Positions 1 to 11,411 of a stretch of DNA of 64,000 nt are shown piece after piece. Location of the stretch: the NCBI RefSeq assembly GCF_000143415.4, contig NW_003314307.1:200922-264921 (forward strand). The letters run 5' to 3'. The first letter of the stretch is position 1. Every line of letters begins with the position of its first letter. The notes under the pieces were generated by a model that saw only the letters and a program-made list of their open reading frames with translations, was not told the DNA's origin and searched no databases. The position numbers and the translations under genes were made by a program. The DNA is from Selaginella moellendorffii. Lineage: Eukaryota; Plantae; Lycopodiophyta.

Positions 1-1717
1 ATTTGGTCCATCCATTCTTGTATATAAACAGGGGTCTAAACCCCAATTAAGATACCCTTTCCAATATCCCGAACACTCACACTGGTGGAGGTGAGGGGCA
101 TTATAATTTATCCATGAAAGGCAAAGCCTTTTGATAGTGTTTTGCTATAGTGTTTGGGATTGTGCTTTTTTATTCTTATTTTTTCATTCTCTTTTAAATC
201 TAGATTTGTATTAGTTTTTTGCAAGATTTAGAATTCTACTTATCGTTGTGCTTAGATTTACTCTTTCTTTTGATCTTCATTGCATTCTCTTCTTTTACCA
301 TGCCACACCATCATTGATCAAGGAATATATCACTTGAGACTACTAATGCTACTTTGTTGGATTGAACTTTTGGTGTTATGGGGTGTGATCATATTGATAT
401 TGCACCCATCGTTAGTGTGTTGCCGTCTTTAGCTTTTGTGGGATGTGATTACACGTTATATCTTGTTCTCGGTGTTCTACCATCGTGTGTTGATGTCGAG
501 TGTGATCATGATATTGATTGGTGAGCTATGGATGATGCAATCTAATTCTTGGAGAATGTTCGAGGATCAAGTTTATGGGAAGATAATGTGTACAAACTCG
601 AGTGGATTCCAGAGTGTGATGATAAGCTTGATTATTATGGAGATAGCTTTGGAAATGAAATGGAGATTTTGCAGGGTAGATGTCAATATTTCAATTTGTC
701 ATTTGATCCTTTCTCTTTCCTTTTGGCTCTTTCCCAACTTTTTCTTATTTCTCGGCTTGAGCCACCTTCTCATGTTCCTAGTATTTCTTCCTTATCTACA
801 ATGTTTTCTTCTTTTAGCACATCGATCATTTATGACCCTTATGATTTTCTTTTTCAATCCAGTGTTGAGTTGAGTGTTTTTTATCCTCCTCATACTAATT
901 TGGATGTTGAGTGTGTCCATGAAGTTGAGAATTTTACTTTTATTTCATTGGTAGAGTCTTTAATTAGTTCTAGTGTTGAGTATTCCCCTATTCCAAAAGT
1001 TGAGTCACTTTGGCCAGAGTTTCAAGTTAAATGCATGTCCCTACTTGTGAGTGCCACTAAGAGCCTTTGTTTTACTGTTACTGCTGAGGAATTTATATAT
1101 TCTCTTGAGAGTGTGGATTGTTATTGATTTTCCTATCTCAAGTGTTGAATTGTGTATTAACGAGGTTGAGCAGTGTGAATCTTTTGCTTATAATGTGATG
1201 ATTGAAATATTTTATGATAAGAAGTCCTTTATTTTCCAAGATTTAAACACATGTTCTTCTAATTTCCCCATTTCTGCATTGCCAGTTGTTGCAAATTCTT
1301 CTTCTAATGTTCTTTTTCTTCTTCCATAAGTGTTTTTTCTCAATTTTTCTTGGTTTTTTCTCAATTTTTGACCTAACATTCAAACTTTTTTTCTTCAGAG
1401 GAAGAGGGGATAGATGGGAGTCTGGCCCTGACGATGGAGTGAGGATGAGTGAATACAGTAATGGAGCGAGGACAAATGACATGGATTGTGGAGTGAAGAT
1501 AAACATAGCAAGTCTGAACAAAACATCCAACCCTAATGTAGTGAGGCTGAACGGATGAAATAGTGGAGTGAAGCTAGACATAGATGGTGGAGTGAGGATG
1601 AGTGCAGCAAGTCTAAATTGAGCCAGTGCTTCAAAACTTCTTTTTCTTCGAGAAAGGGATAAGGAGAATGTGAAGGACGAATGGAGTTCCTCTAGCCTCC
1701 CCAGTTCAAAGTTATGG

Positions 1718-2100
1718 TGTAAACTGCTTACAATCCACCACACTTCCCTGCAAGTTCACGCCCTCGTGAACAGAAGCTGAAAGCCGCAGCTCTCCCGGGT
1801 CGAGCCTAGCGGGAGCAAACTGGACCAGTTAGATGTCAATCAACATGTGGTGTGATTCCCTTAGCCAACCAACAGAGTCGGACCCGAGACCCCCTCTGAT
1901 ACCAAATGTAAACTCCTGAGTTTGGACTTCCCGGGAGGTCACCCAGCCTAGTACTATTCAAACCCAAGGACGCTTAACTCCAACTATCCCAAGACCCTTA
2001 ACCGATTGGAAAAGGGGGTGCACTCTTATTCATGGGCCCTTTCCCTCTATATTTGAACCCCATGGATCGTCTCTCAAGTCGTTCCCTTTTGTTGCTTACA
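1718..2100 (-). mobile_element. Cassandra-like TRIM (non-autonomous LTR retrotransposon with 5S rRNA-derived segment), 3' LTR collapsed
   Basis: On the minus strand: a 194-bp LTR at 2100-1907 (TGTAAGC...GTTTACA), then the tRNA-Met PBS TGGTATCAGAG (1904-1894). A ~170-bp internal region ends in a hairpin and the purine-rich GGGAAGTGTGGTGGAT. A 15-bp LTR remnant TGTAAGCAGTTTACA follows (1732-1718). A perfect 5-bp TSD, TATGG, lies at 1713-1717 and 2101-2105. Confidence 0.85.
1924..1979 (-). promoter_or_regulatory. 5S rRNA-derived Pol III internal promoter region (A box, IE, C box) inside the LTR
   Basis: The minus strand reads AGTTAAGCGTCCTTGGGTTTGAATAGTACTAGGCTGGGTGACCTCCCGGGAAGTCC. It aligns without gaps to the plant 5S core as I recall it (AGTTAAGCGTGCTTGGGCGAGAGTAGTACTAGGATGGGTGACCTCCYGGGAAGTCC), with about 6-7 mismatches in 56 nt. 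The 5S 5' and 3' ends are absent. Confidence 0.85.
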
Positions 2101-2826
2101 TATGGTTACATGGTTGATTTGATCCTGGTGAACCATGCCTCTCAAATAAATCTATTTGAAGGTCTTTACCAGCTGCTTGATGATTCTGGCTGCTTTGTCC
2201 TCACCAATCTTCTCACAAATATGCTATATTTTAAAGACCAAATAATTATGGAATAATGCCTTAAGAAATGAAGGCAATATTTCCACCAACGAACGCAACC
2301 ACTCGAGGAAAAATGCCTGTGCCCTGTCCAAAAGGAGACTCGGACAACACCACAAAGTTGGCAAACTTTCCTTGCGTCAGCGACCCAACCAAATCCTCCA
2401 ATGCAGCTGCATACACAGCCAAGGGTGTGTACCTGTGAATCCAAAATCAAGAACTGCATTTCAGTTTTCTCATCTGTTTTCTCTTACCCTGCCACTGCGT
2501 CCCATGCAGAAATCCTTTCCTTGGGAATCCAGGGATGACTCCAGCCCAAAGGTGTTCTCTCCATGACAGTGCGGATCCCTCCAACTGGATTCACTGCTAC
2601 CACCTTGAGACAAACCATTCACGTAACGCCAAAGAAAAAGTAATTGACAGGCTTTTACAGGCCAGTCGGATCCTAGAGCAACCACGCTACCATTTTCGAG
2701 GGACCAGAGGTTATAAGATCCGCGTGAGTGCTTCTCACCAAGTTTCTTCACGGCATAGTAAGCATCATCTAGAAGTTGCTCTGGCTGTACAAAAATATAG
2801 GGTTTTGCAATGGAGGCAAAATGCAG

Positions 2827-4578
2827 TCATCTGCGTCGATGCGCACAATGCATGGTTTCTTCGGACTCCTCTTTGCTCAGTTTGGCCTTTACTACGGCCT
2901 TTTGGACGTCCTGTGGTTTCCTCCTGTGATGTTTTCCTTCCTGGCGTTAGAGAGTAACTGAGGATCAAACGAAACAAACCTCGCCATGTAAGATTGCACT
3001 GCCTGAGCAAAGCCAGGCTTGTACGAGAAGAGCAGCCCACGGAAGAGTGATGGAGGCTTCTAGTTGAATACGTCGCTTACTCTAGCCTCGAACATCTTCT
3101 CGCCTAGCGGCTGAACGTGAGCTTGAAACTCTGTAGCATGAGTTTGACAGGGAAAAATTGGAGAGGTCCAAGGTTTTCCACAGGTACCTCGGTGAGATGA
3201 AACCAAGCTCTTGTCCACATCCCGTTGCTTGTCTAGCACGAATGGCGTGGCACGATATTCTTGCCGCCTTCTCTTACGTTCCTTACGCATGGATAGCTTT
3301 GGTTCTGATGGATCTTTCTCCCTCAGCATCTCTTCACAGAAAAACGGCAACCATATTGTCAAGAATGGCAGCAATGTCAATAAAAGAAGAAGCCAACCTG
3401 TGTCGAGGAAATACATGTCATCCAGAGCTTCAAGCTCTTCGTTACATACCCCATAGAAGAATAATATGTCTCGCTCTGCGTTCACGGAATCTCCTGCAAG
3501 GGAGAAACGTGGACCAGAGGGTTTCCAAGTCGCCCAAACACCAGTCGCTACAAAATACGTAAAAGCCCCATGAGAGACCAACAGGAAACAAATCTACCTA
3601 CAAGCGCACGTACTTAAGTCGAGAGTATGGACGTCATTGAATAGCTTGTGATCATCAGAGAATCCTCCAAACACGACAAGATACTTTCCATGGCTGATTG
3701 TTGTGTGCCCGGCTCTTGGCATCAGCTCGGCACCAGTCGTCTTTACCTCCCACCATGCCATTGTTTCTGGAAACGCACAATGTATGTACCTGTGTCCAGA
3801 ATATGAACGTCGTTTAGATAGGCATTACCACCATCCTCGCCACCCATGACAACGAAACAGTTCTTATAGGAAGAGCAGGTATGGCTATCCCGAGGAATAG
3901 GCGAGACTCCAGTGGTAGAAATCTTCTTCCAGACAAAAGTATCTACAGGGGAAAAAAAAAATTTAGAAGAAAACAAGGAAAGATAACAGGATATTACTCG
4001 TGTTCAAAACATGGAGGTCGTTGTAGTACTCCTCCTCTGAGGGATCGCTGGATTTCTCACATCCCCCAAACACGAACAGGTTGTCACTGATGAGAGACGC
4101 GCTATGTCCTTCTCTCGGAGCAGGAACATCACCAAAGTGTTGGTAGCTGCATCGGATGATAAGAACAAGAAAAAAAAATCGATAGAACTCGGAGCTTACC
4201 AGTATCCAAAACAAAGAGATCGTCTAGCGGGCTGGTTCCATCGGTACCACCAAACACATAGAGCTTAGACCCGATGGCCGTGGAGCTGTGGCTGTCCCAA
4301 GGAGAAGGGTGCGTTCCTTTCATCACAGGCTTGCTCCAGGTGTACATCCCTGCGCGATCCCACCAAAAACATGATCAAAACCATATTTTCTGGAAAACCC
4401 AGAAGAGGAAACTTATACCAAAGTCGAAGACATGAACATCGTTGGTCTGGCACTCATCCCGGCCGCAGCCACCGAAAATGTAGATGAGATTCCTGACCGC
4501 ATTGCAGGTGTGGCAACATTTGCACCCCGGCGGCTGCTGCTGGAGCTGATCGCTGGATCGACAAGGCGCCCACTTCAT
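2827..4578 (-). pseudogene. Kelch-repeat (galactose oxidase/kelch beta-propeller) gene, disrupted; 3' end approximate
   Basis: Successive exons carry kelch repeats (HTCNAVRNLIYIFGG, DSHSSTAIGSKLYVFGG, PREGHSASLISDNLFVFGG, PRDSHTC..FVVMGG, PRAGHTT..LVVFGG) and a C-terminal ..FEARVSDVF..RGLLFSYKP segment. There is a frameshifting deletion near 4135 (ATNT then FGDVPAP in another frame) and an in-frame TAG at 3062-3060 before the LFRGLLFS segment. Confidence 0.75.
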
Positions 4579-4773
4579 CTTTATCCTAAAATGCAAGTGT
4601 AAAAGAGAGACTATGGGGTTTATAGTGCTGCAAAATAGGAATCGCTCTCAATGTGGTTCCAGCCTCGAGCACCTGGAACAAACCGGAACTTTAAGCCTCA
4701 AAAGAGAATAGGGAAGAAGCAAGAGAGTGAAATAGTATATGAATTTACTATGAATGAATGAAGCCAGTGCCAC

Positions 4774-4775
<2 letters not shown>

Positions 4776-4825
<50 letters not shown>
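4776..4825. repeat. (GA)25 microsatellite upstream of the Kelch pseudogene
   Basis: Uninterrupted GA dinucleotide run. Confidence 0.95.
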
Positions 4826-4829
<4 letters not shown>

Positions 4830-5199
4830 AGCTTACAATCTGCCTGAACGTCCTAAAAATTCACTTGATTTGGAGGGTCATTCAATCCAAAGTTGAAGCG
4901 TTGCCACCCCTTTGGCACTTGATCTATGCCATCTATTTGAAGTTTTTGAATTTGAACCGTTAGATTATAAGTATATTCAGAAATAATATTCTAAAAATGG
5001 AATAAAAGATGCCAGATGCCATATGCCAATAGCACGTTTAAATAATGGAGTAAGATGATGATGATGATATGGAACTTTTTTTTTTCTACTTCTTTCATGT
5101 TTTATGGTAGTCAACTTATGAGAAATTACAGCTTCTGGAATTGTACAAGAAGTGTGTATGGAATGTCCAGGGAATGAGAAACTGTAAGGTGTAGTATGA

Positions 5200-8100
5200 T
5201 ATTTTCTTGTTCTAATAAATAGCTAGATAGTAGTACATAGTACTGCCTCTTTGCTCGACTACAACACAATGCTTACAAGGTTGGAATGACAAAAGCAGAG
5301 ATTTCATAATAGATGTCAGTCTGTTGCCACTTCACTCTCAAACAATGAAATCAGATAAATGAATCACCCAAGAAAAAAATGTGGAAGAAGAATAGAATTG
5401 GATTCATCACTTTTTCAAATACCCACACAGACATGTCTCCTCGCAAGAGGAAGAGATCTAATATCAGTTGCATTGCCTGACACTAAATTAGGTGAGGTAA
5501 AACTTCTATTAAATATAGATTCAGGAGCTTCCTTCAAATGGCTTGTGGTGGGAGGGAGCATAGAAACATGAGTTTTGGCCACAGAGGTCACCATTTCAAT
5601 TTTATTATTAAATGGTCCTTAACAAATGTGTTGCAGAACACACTAACATCACAAGTTCATGCAAATAACAGTGATCTGGATATCCTACAATACAATTTCC
5701 CATTTCAATAGTTCAAACTGGCACATTATTGCACATAAGAGAAGCTGAGACCTTGTAGTAAGCCATTATTGAATAAAGAATTTTAAATATTGAAAAATAA
5801 GAATTTAATATTTGGGCTGTAGAAGGTTTTTAGTTCAAAAGCAATATAATGGATTTGGAATTTGAAGCATAAGTGCTACTCTTTTGAAAATACAAATTAG
5901 TATTTAAATACGAAAGTAATTTTTTGTCTGATACTTAGAGAAATCTTTGGTGATATATATATATCCAAAACATAATTTTTGAGGATACCTCAAACATATC
6001 ATTATCTTTTGAGAATCTTTATAAGAAAGAATAATTTTCTAAATCATTATAAGTCTTCAGAGTAGAGTTTTCTAAAACATCCATCTTAAAATTAATATAA
6101 ATCTCAGCTGTAAATATGTGAATTATATGTTCCTTTTAAAAAGATTCTTTGGAAAATAGATTTTATAATTTTTATTATATTCTAATGGTATTATATTTTA
6201 CTTTAAAAATATTAAATATCATTATTTTATTCGTGTACATAGTAATATGCTAGATCTGAGTTTATATTTTCATTTTATGCTCTTTATAATCTAAGTATCA
6301 ACAATCTAATTTATGATACAAGAGAATGAAGAAGTAGAGAGGACAAATGCATAAATAACACTTTATTCACAATTGATAAGCTTGATGCAACAATGTTTAT
6401 TATTTTAAAATAAAAGAACTATAACCTTATGTTTTTTATGTATTAATAGTTAAATTATATTAAATATACAAAAAACATATGAAAATATAATAATGTTATT
6501 ATGTATATAGGATTTGAGTTTATAATTGAAATATTAATCATTTTTTAATCTAAGTATTTTTAATCATGTTCTCCTTTAGATAATTGCTGAATAATAAGTA
6601 ATGTTTAATAATTTAAAACTTATATTATTATTAAATTGAAAGTTTCTAGATATTTATCTAAATATGATTTAAAAATCCTTTGGCTAAAGACAATCTTGTA
6701 TAAAATTGTTAAGGGTTTCAAAATTTCTATGAGCTTTTGAAATAATAACTTCAATAGATAGCTTACTAGCATGTTATTACCTAATGATAATCCTGATTAA
6801 GTATTTTTATTATTTTTAACTTTATTCCTACCAGTCTAGATATTTAATTTGGAACTGCTGTACTACTTTTTAGCCTAAATCACTTTTCTTAAAAACTTCA
6901 TATAAACCAGGTTTTTTATTATCTTAAACTTTCCTTCCACTTATCTAAGTTTTTCTTTCTCAAGTATTTTATCTCTTGATCATTTAATTTTTACAAGAGT
7001 TCTTTTTTATATTAAAAGTTATAAAATGTTTTACACACTATTAATCTATTAGTAAAGTATGTTCTTATTAGAAAGGTTTTAGGGCGTATTAATATTTTAT
7101 AATTTATAAGTAATTTAATATAAATAGTTTTTAAAAAATTTTATTTTCTATCTTTCCCAGTAGAGTTGTATCATTCTCATATATGTGACACAGAGTTGTG
7201 CTGTATTTGGAAACCATTAAGAAACTTCAAGTATTGCCTATCAAAATCATCTTTCACTAATCAAACTTCTGGTTTACTATCAGCAAAACAGTGATAAAAC
7301 ACTATGTAACATAAATACACTTGAATAGCTTATATAGTTAATTAACAATATTCTATGGATAGTATTATATTGTATCATAGTGTTCTTTCTACATTGGCCT
7401 TGAAGGTTTTTTATCTATGATATAAGAACCAAAACCTCTTAGTACACAAGAAGAAAGGTAAACAAGAAACACGAGCTACTTACTTAAGGTTCTTTATAAA
7501 TACACAACTAAAGCAAAACTTTTCACCATATAACTATAGCTCAAATCTTACTTTTTGAAGTATTGCATATTTAATCAATATAATAATATGTTTATAATAG
7601 ATATTTCTTCTTTGACTCATAATGATAGAGAAATTACATTCCATCTCTTGTGTTGCAAGAAACAATTATGCATTTCTTAGATTCTGTCAATTTATATTTT
7701 CTCAATGTCTAGAACCATTCTCTTGTTACCTGATTATGAGATTTAATATAAATGTGGTAGCAATCTAGATAGATTTACTTCTGTATGTTTTTAAATACAA
7801 AACCAGATACATAATACAAATTCTTTTATTCTTTAGTAAACTATGAATGTTGGAGGCATCATTAGAGTTCAGATATAAAAAGTGCTTAGTTCTTGATTTG
7901 ACAATTGATACTATTTTTTAGATTCCCAATTTGTTAAAACATGTAACGTTAATAGCTATACAAATCCTTGAGGTCTTCTTTGAAATGAGAAACCACCTTT
8001 ATAATCCTGATTTAAAATGGATCTTGTATTCTACTAGCAAACATTTCCAGTCAAAAATTTCCTACTAACTTATCTAGTAAAAATGTAATTTTAGAATTAT

Positions 8101-8400
8101 CTAGTCACCTATTTATTAAATATTATATACCTGGACAGTGGTTATAACTGAAGCAACAATCTCAATCATGAGTGTGAACACTTTAATCTGTGTTAGTGCC
8201 AAGGATCCCAGCTTTTTCTTGGAACTTTTCCCTGTACCAATTCTCTTGGAGCAATCACACTAGGGGCCCATCATGTGGAGGTGCTGCTTGTGGACTGTCA
8301 CTCTCCAAGTCTTGCTCCTCTTGATCACCACAATTATTTCTAGAAAACTTATTCTGCTGTTGGTGCTGCTGATTCCCCAGGTGATTGTGTAGTGGATTTA
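5200..8400 (-). mobile_element. Highly degenerate LINE-like (APE endonuclease + RT) remnant; boundaries approximate
   Basis: Very AT-rich with no ORFs. The minus strand retains *IDRI* (about 7695-7678, endonuclease RIDRI-like), CPL.FFIL (about 6345-6320) and M-Y-T-N-K-I-M-I-F (about 6240-6215, YADD-like after G>A changes). Order and spacing resemble L1. Confidence 0.5.
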
Positions 8401-11400
8401 AGTTGCCCACCAATTACTAAAATAGTGTTATGATATCAAATAATTGAGAATGTGTATATAATTTATTTATATTAAAATAAAAAATTGATATAAAATATTT
8501 CTTACCAAATATTATTTTCTACCTTTTCCAGAAAAGCTGGATTCTCTGCAACATAGGATAGACGTGAATGGAAGGCAAAGGTGACATCTTCCTGATATTT
8601 GGATTTGCATCGAATATTATGATGGAAAATGAGGTTTGCAACATGCCCACGTTTCAAATTGTATGAAGTTGTTTCTTGCTGTGGTCCTTATGTAACATGG
8701 TTATGAATGGAGAATGCCACCTCAAAGGATAAAGAGAGCCAATCTTGTAAAATTCAAGTTGAGATAGCTAAAAATTATAAGCAAGGATGAAGCAATACCT
8801 TACTTCCAACAAAGCCCTCTCCAACTTTGACCGCTTCTGGGATTGGTCAGAGACTATGGTATTCTATTCAAGCTTCAGTAAGTTATCAGTTTTATAGTTG
8901 TTCATGTAAATTTTGTTAGCATCATTTACAACCAGCTTGTAACATGATTACTTATTTTGGTTATTGCTGATTTACATCTTTGTCTCTGTGGTGTCCCCAG
9001 AGAGCAGCCACTTAGTATAAAGAGCTGCATTGAAGGTAAAATGTTGTCATACAGGATCATTCTCAACTGCTGCTGCTCATTGGTTGTGATAAATCTTGAG
9101 AAATACAACATAAAGAGAACACCACCTTGTTCAGGTAGTAATAATATCGGCTCTATGTCAGTAAGGAGGTTAACAGTGACAAAGAGTGGAAACAATACTG
9201 GACCAAGGAAGTGGCATAGTGTCGAAGAGAGACACGAACAAATGCTTGACACTTTTGCAATGGGACAGATGCTCAAGCTAGTCTCCAGTGTTGCTAGCTT
9301 CTACAGACTAGAACATCTCGGAAAGGCAGTAAAAGTTTAAGTTTTTCAAAATCCCTGATGTAGGCATGAGTTTATTCCACTAGGAAAAATTACATATCAC
9401 ATCATGCTATTAAAAAGAAATTCCATTTCTCATTTTGAAGTTTCACTGTCTCAAATAGAACTGTCTATATTGGACTCTTTTTAACTTCAACAATTCAAGT
9501 ATGAGCATGTAATTAGAAGTGACCTTTGGAGGTTACCTTTGTACCCACGCTATAGAAACTGGTGTAAGGATGTTTCCAGTTAGTTACAACAATGTTACAA
9601 GCTCTCACCAATCATCAATTGTGAGGTATAAAATGAATATTCATTTTCCTAAATTTATGGTATATGGTTTGTCTAAAGACTGTATCAAATGTTGTGGCAA
9701 GGTAAGTTGCAAGTTTATAAAGTTTGATTTAACATTCAGAAACTGATCTGTTAGAAATTATGCTTGTGTAGTGGTTGAAGCATTTTATATAAAGAGAACA
9801 ATAGCAAGTTGCATAATCTACAGATCCATTGATGCCTCATGATGTTCTTCCGGATCCCCATTGAGTTAGAACTTTAACTTAGAACCTTAACTACTGGGGA
9901 TGATTACATGTATGGCTATGATGTAGTTATAATACTAATTAGCTTAGTGGAATTTTGATAACTGTCATATTTGATTCAATCTGGTTCATTTGCCTCAGAA
10001 GGGTTTTTAGGATTTGATTCAATCTGGTCCATTTGCTCCTATATATAAGCAACATGCAAATTTCTGTATTTCAATCGCTCACAAAAGAATCGAAGCTATT
10101 TGTTTTGAAATTCAACAATTCTAGATTACTATCTAAATTCCTTCCTCTAGCAACATAATCTTGGTTATGCTGCTATGTGATCGATGCCACAGGGCTGGAA
10201 TTGCTAGTGGGGATGCACAGCAGCACCTCTGGAATGAAGACTGGCGCCTCCAGGCCGTGGCACACCAGGCCATTGCCTGGGACCAAGACGCTCTCAATTT
10301 GCCATCAAGGTGTGTGTAGATGTGCACACTCAAAAGGTGATCCTGGTTTCTTTCTCTCAAATCCTAGCAGTAGCATCCACCCAACAGCAACTGTGATGTG
10401 TATTTTTCTTCTGGGACAGCGATAGAGCAAGCAACAGCATTATTCATTATTGGCAGCAAAGAACCTATCTAGTCACTCATGTAGAACATTGTCTCTTTCT
10501 CTACCTGGAATGCAGTTCAAAGTAGGGGCAACTTGGAATGCAGTTTAAGCCTTTTTTTAAAGTACTCTATACACAGCGAGACTAACTTTAATTGCACTCA
10601 TGTCCTCAATATTTACATCCAGCAGTGTTGTTTCTGCACACTTGTCATTGGTAAATCTCTATGTCTGTCAGGTCTTGAGCATTGTGTAGTAGTCAGCTCT
10701 TCAGCTGGATTTGGCCTCAATGCACAGCTTCAGTCTTGCTTCTAATGCATCTATGAATGTCCTTAAAGGATGGGAATAAAGTCAATTTAGCTTTGTTCAA
10801 TGAAGCTTTTGCAATGTTGGATTCTTCTAAATAGCTACACCAAGAATTGGAGAGCAGTCCCTATTTCCTCATTAGCCACTTCATGAAGGTTTCACATAAT
10901 TTTATTTTATAGAAACTCAGAGAAGGCACAATCTAACAAAAGTTCATGCCAGAGTTTTCTTGCAGCTCCTGGCTGTGACACAAGTGGGACGGGGCTTGTC
11001 GGGGTCTACGATAGGATGAAGTAGCTCCATCCATCAACTGGATAAACAATTATGCCGCACACTCCAAAGCTGTCTGCAAAGAGAATGCTCAGACAGGAGC
11101 TCAAGAAAGCTCAAGAATCGGGATTCCAAATGCAAGTCCATTTCATGACAAGTCGGGTCAGAAACACAGGAGCTACTCAGCCAGGTTGACGATAGAGTTT
11201 GAAGGGCTATGAAGAGATTAAGAATTTTAAAGAGAAAGGTAAATTCTGCTTGCCGTACCCAAGCATTTAGACGAATTGGGCAGAAGGAAGAAAGAAAATT
11301 TTTCGCTTATCGTGGTTTTTCTGCTTGAAAAGACGGTTGAACGGAACCCTAGCCCCTTTTGTCTAGCAAGCACAATCCGTGCGAATTCTTTCTTAAATTG

Positions 11401-11411
11401 TAAGATACTCA

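Noticed and set aside
436-1743. Several 90-190 aa ORFs on both strands
   Set aside because: Low-complexity F/S/L-rich translations with no recognisable motif. One crosses the TRIM boundary. Probably repeat-derived.
1924-1979. Functional 5S rRNA gene
   Set aside because: Only the internal ~56 nt match. The 5' end, 3' end and T-run terminator are missing, and it sits inside an LTR.
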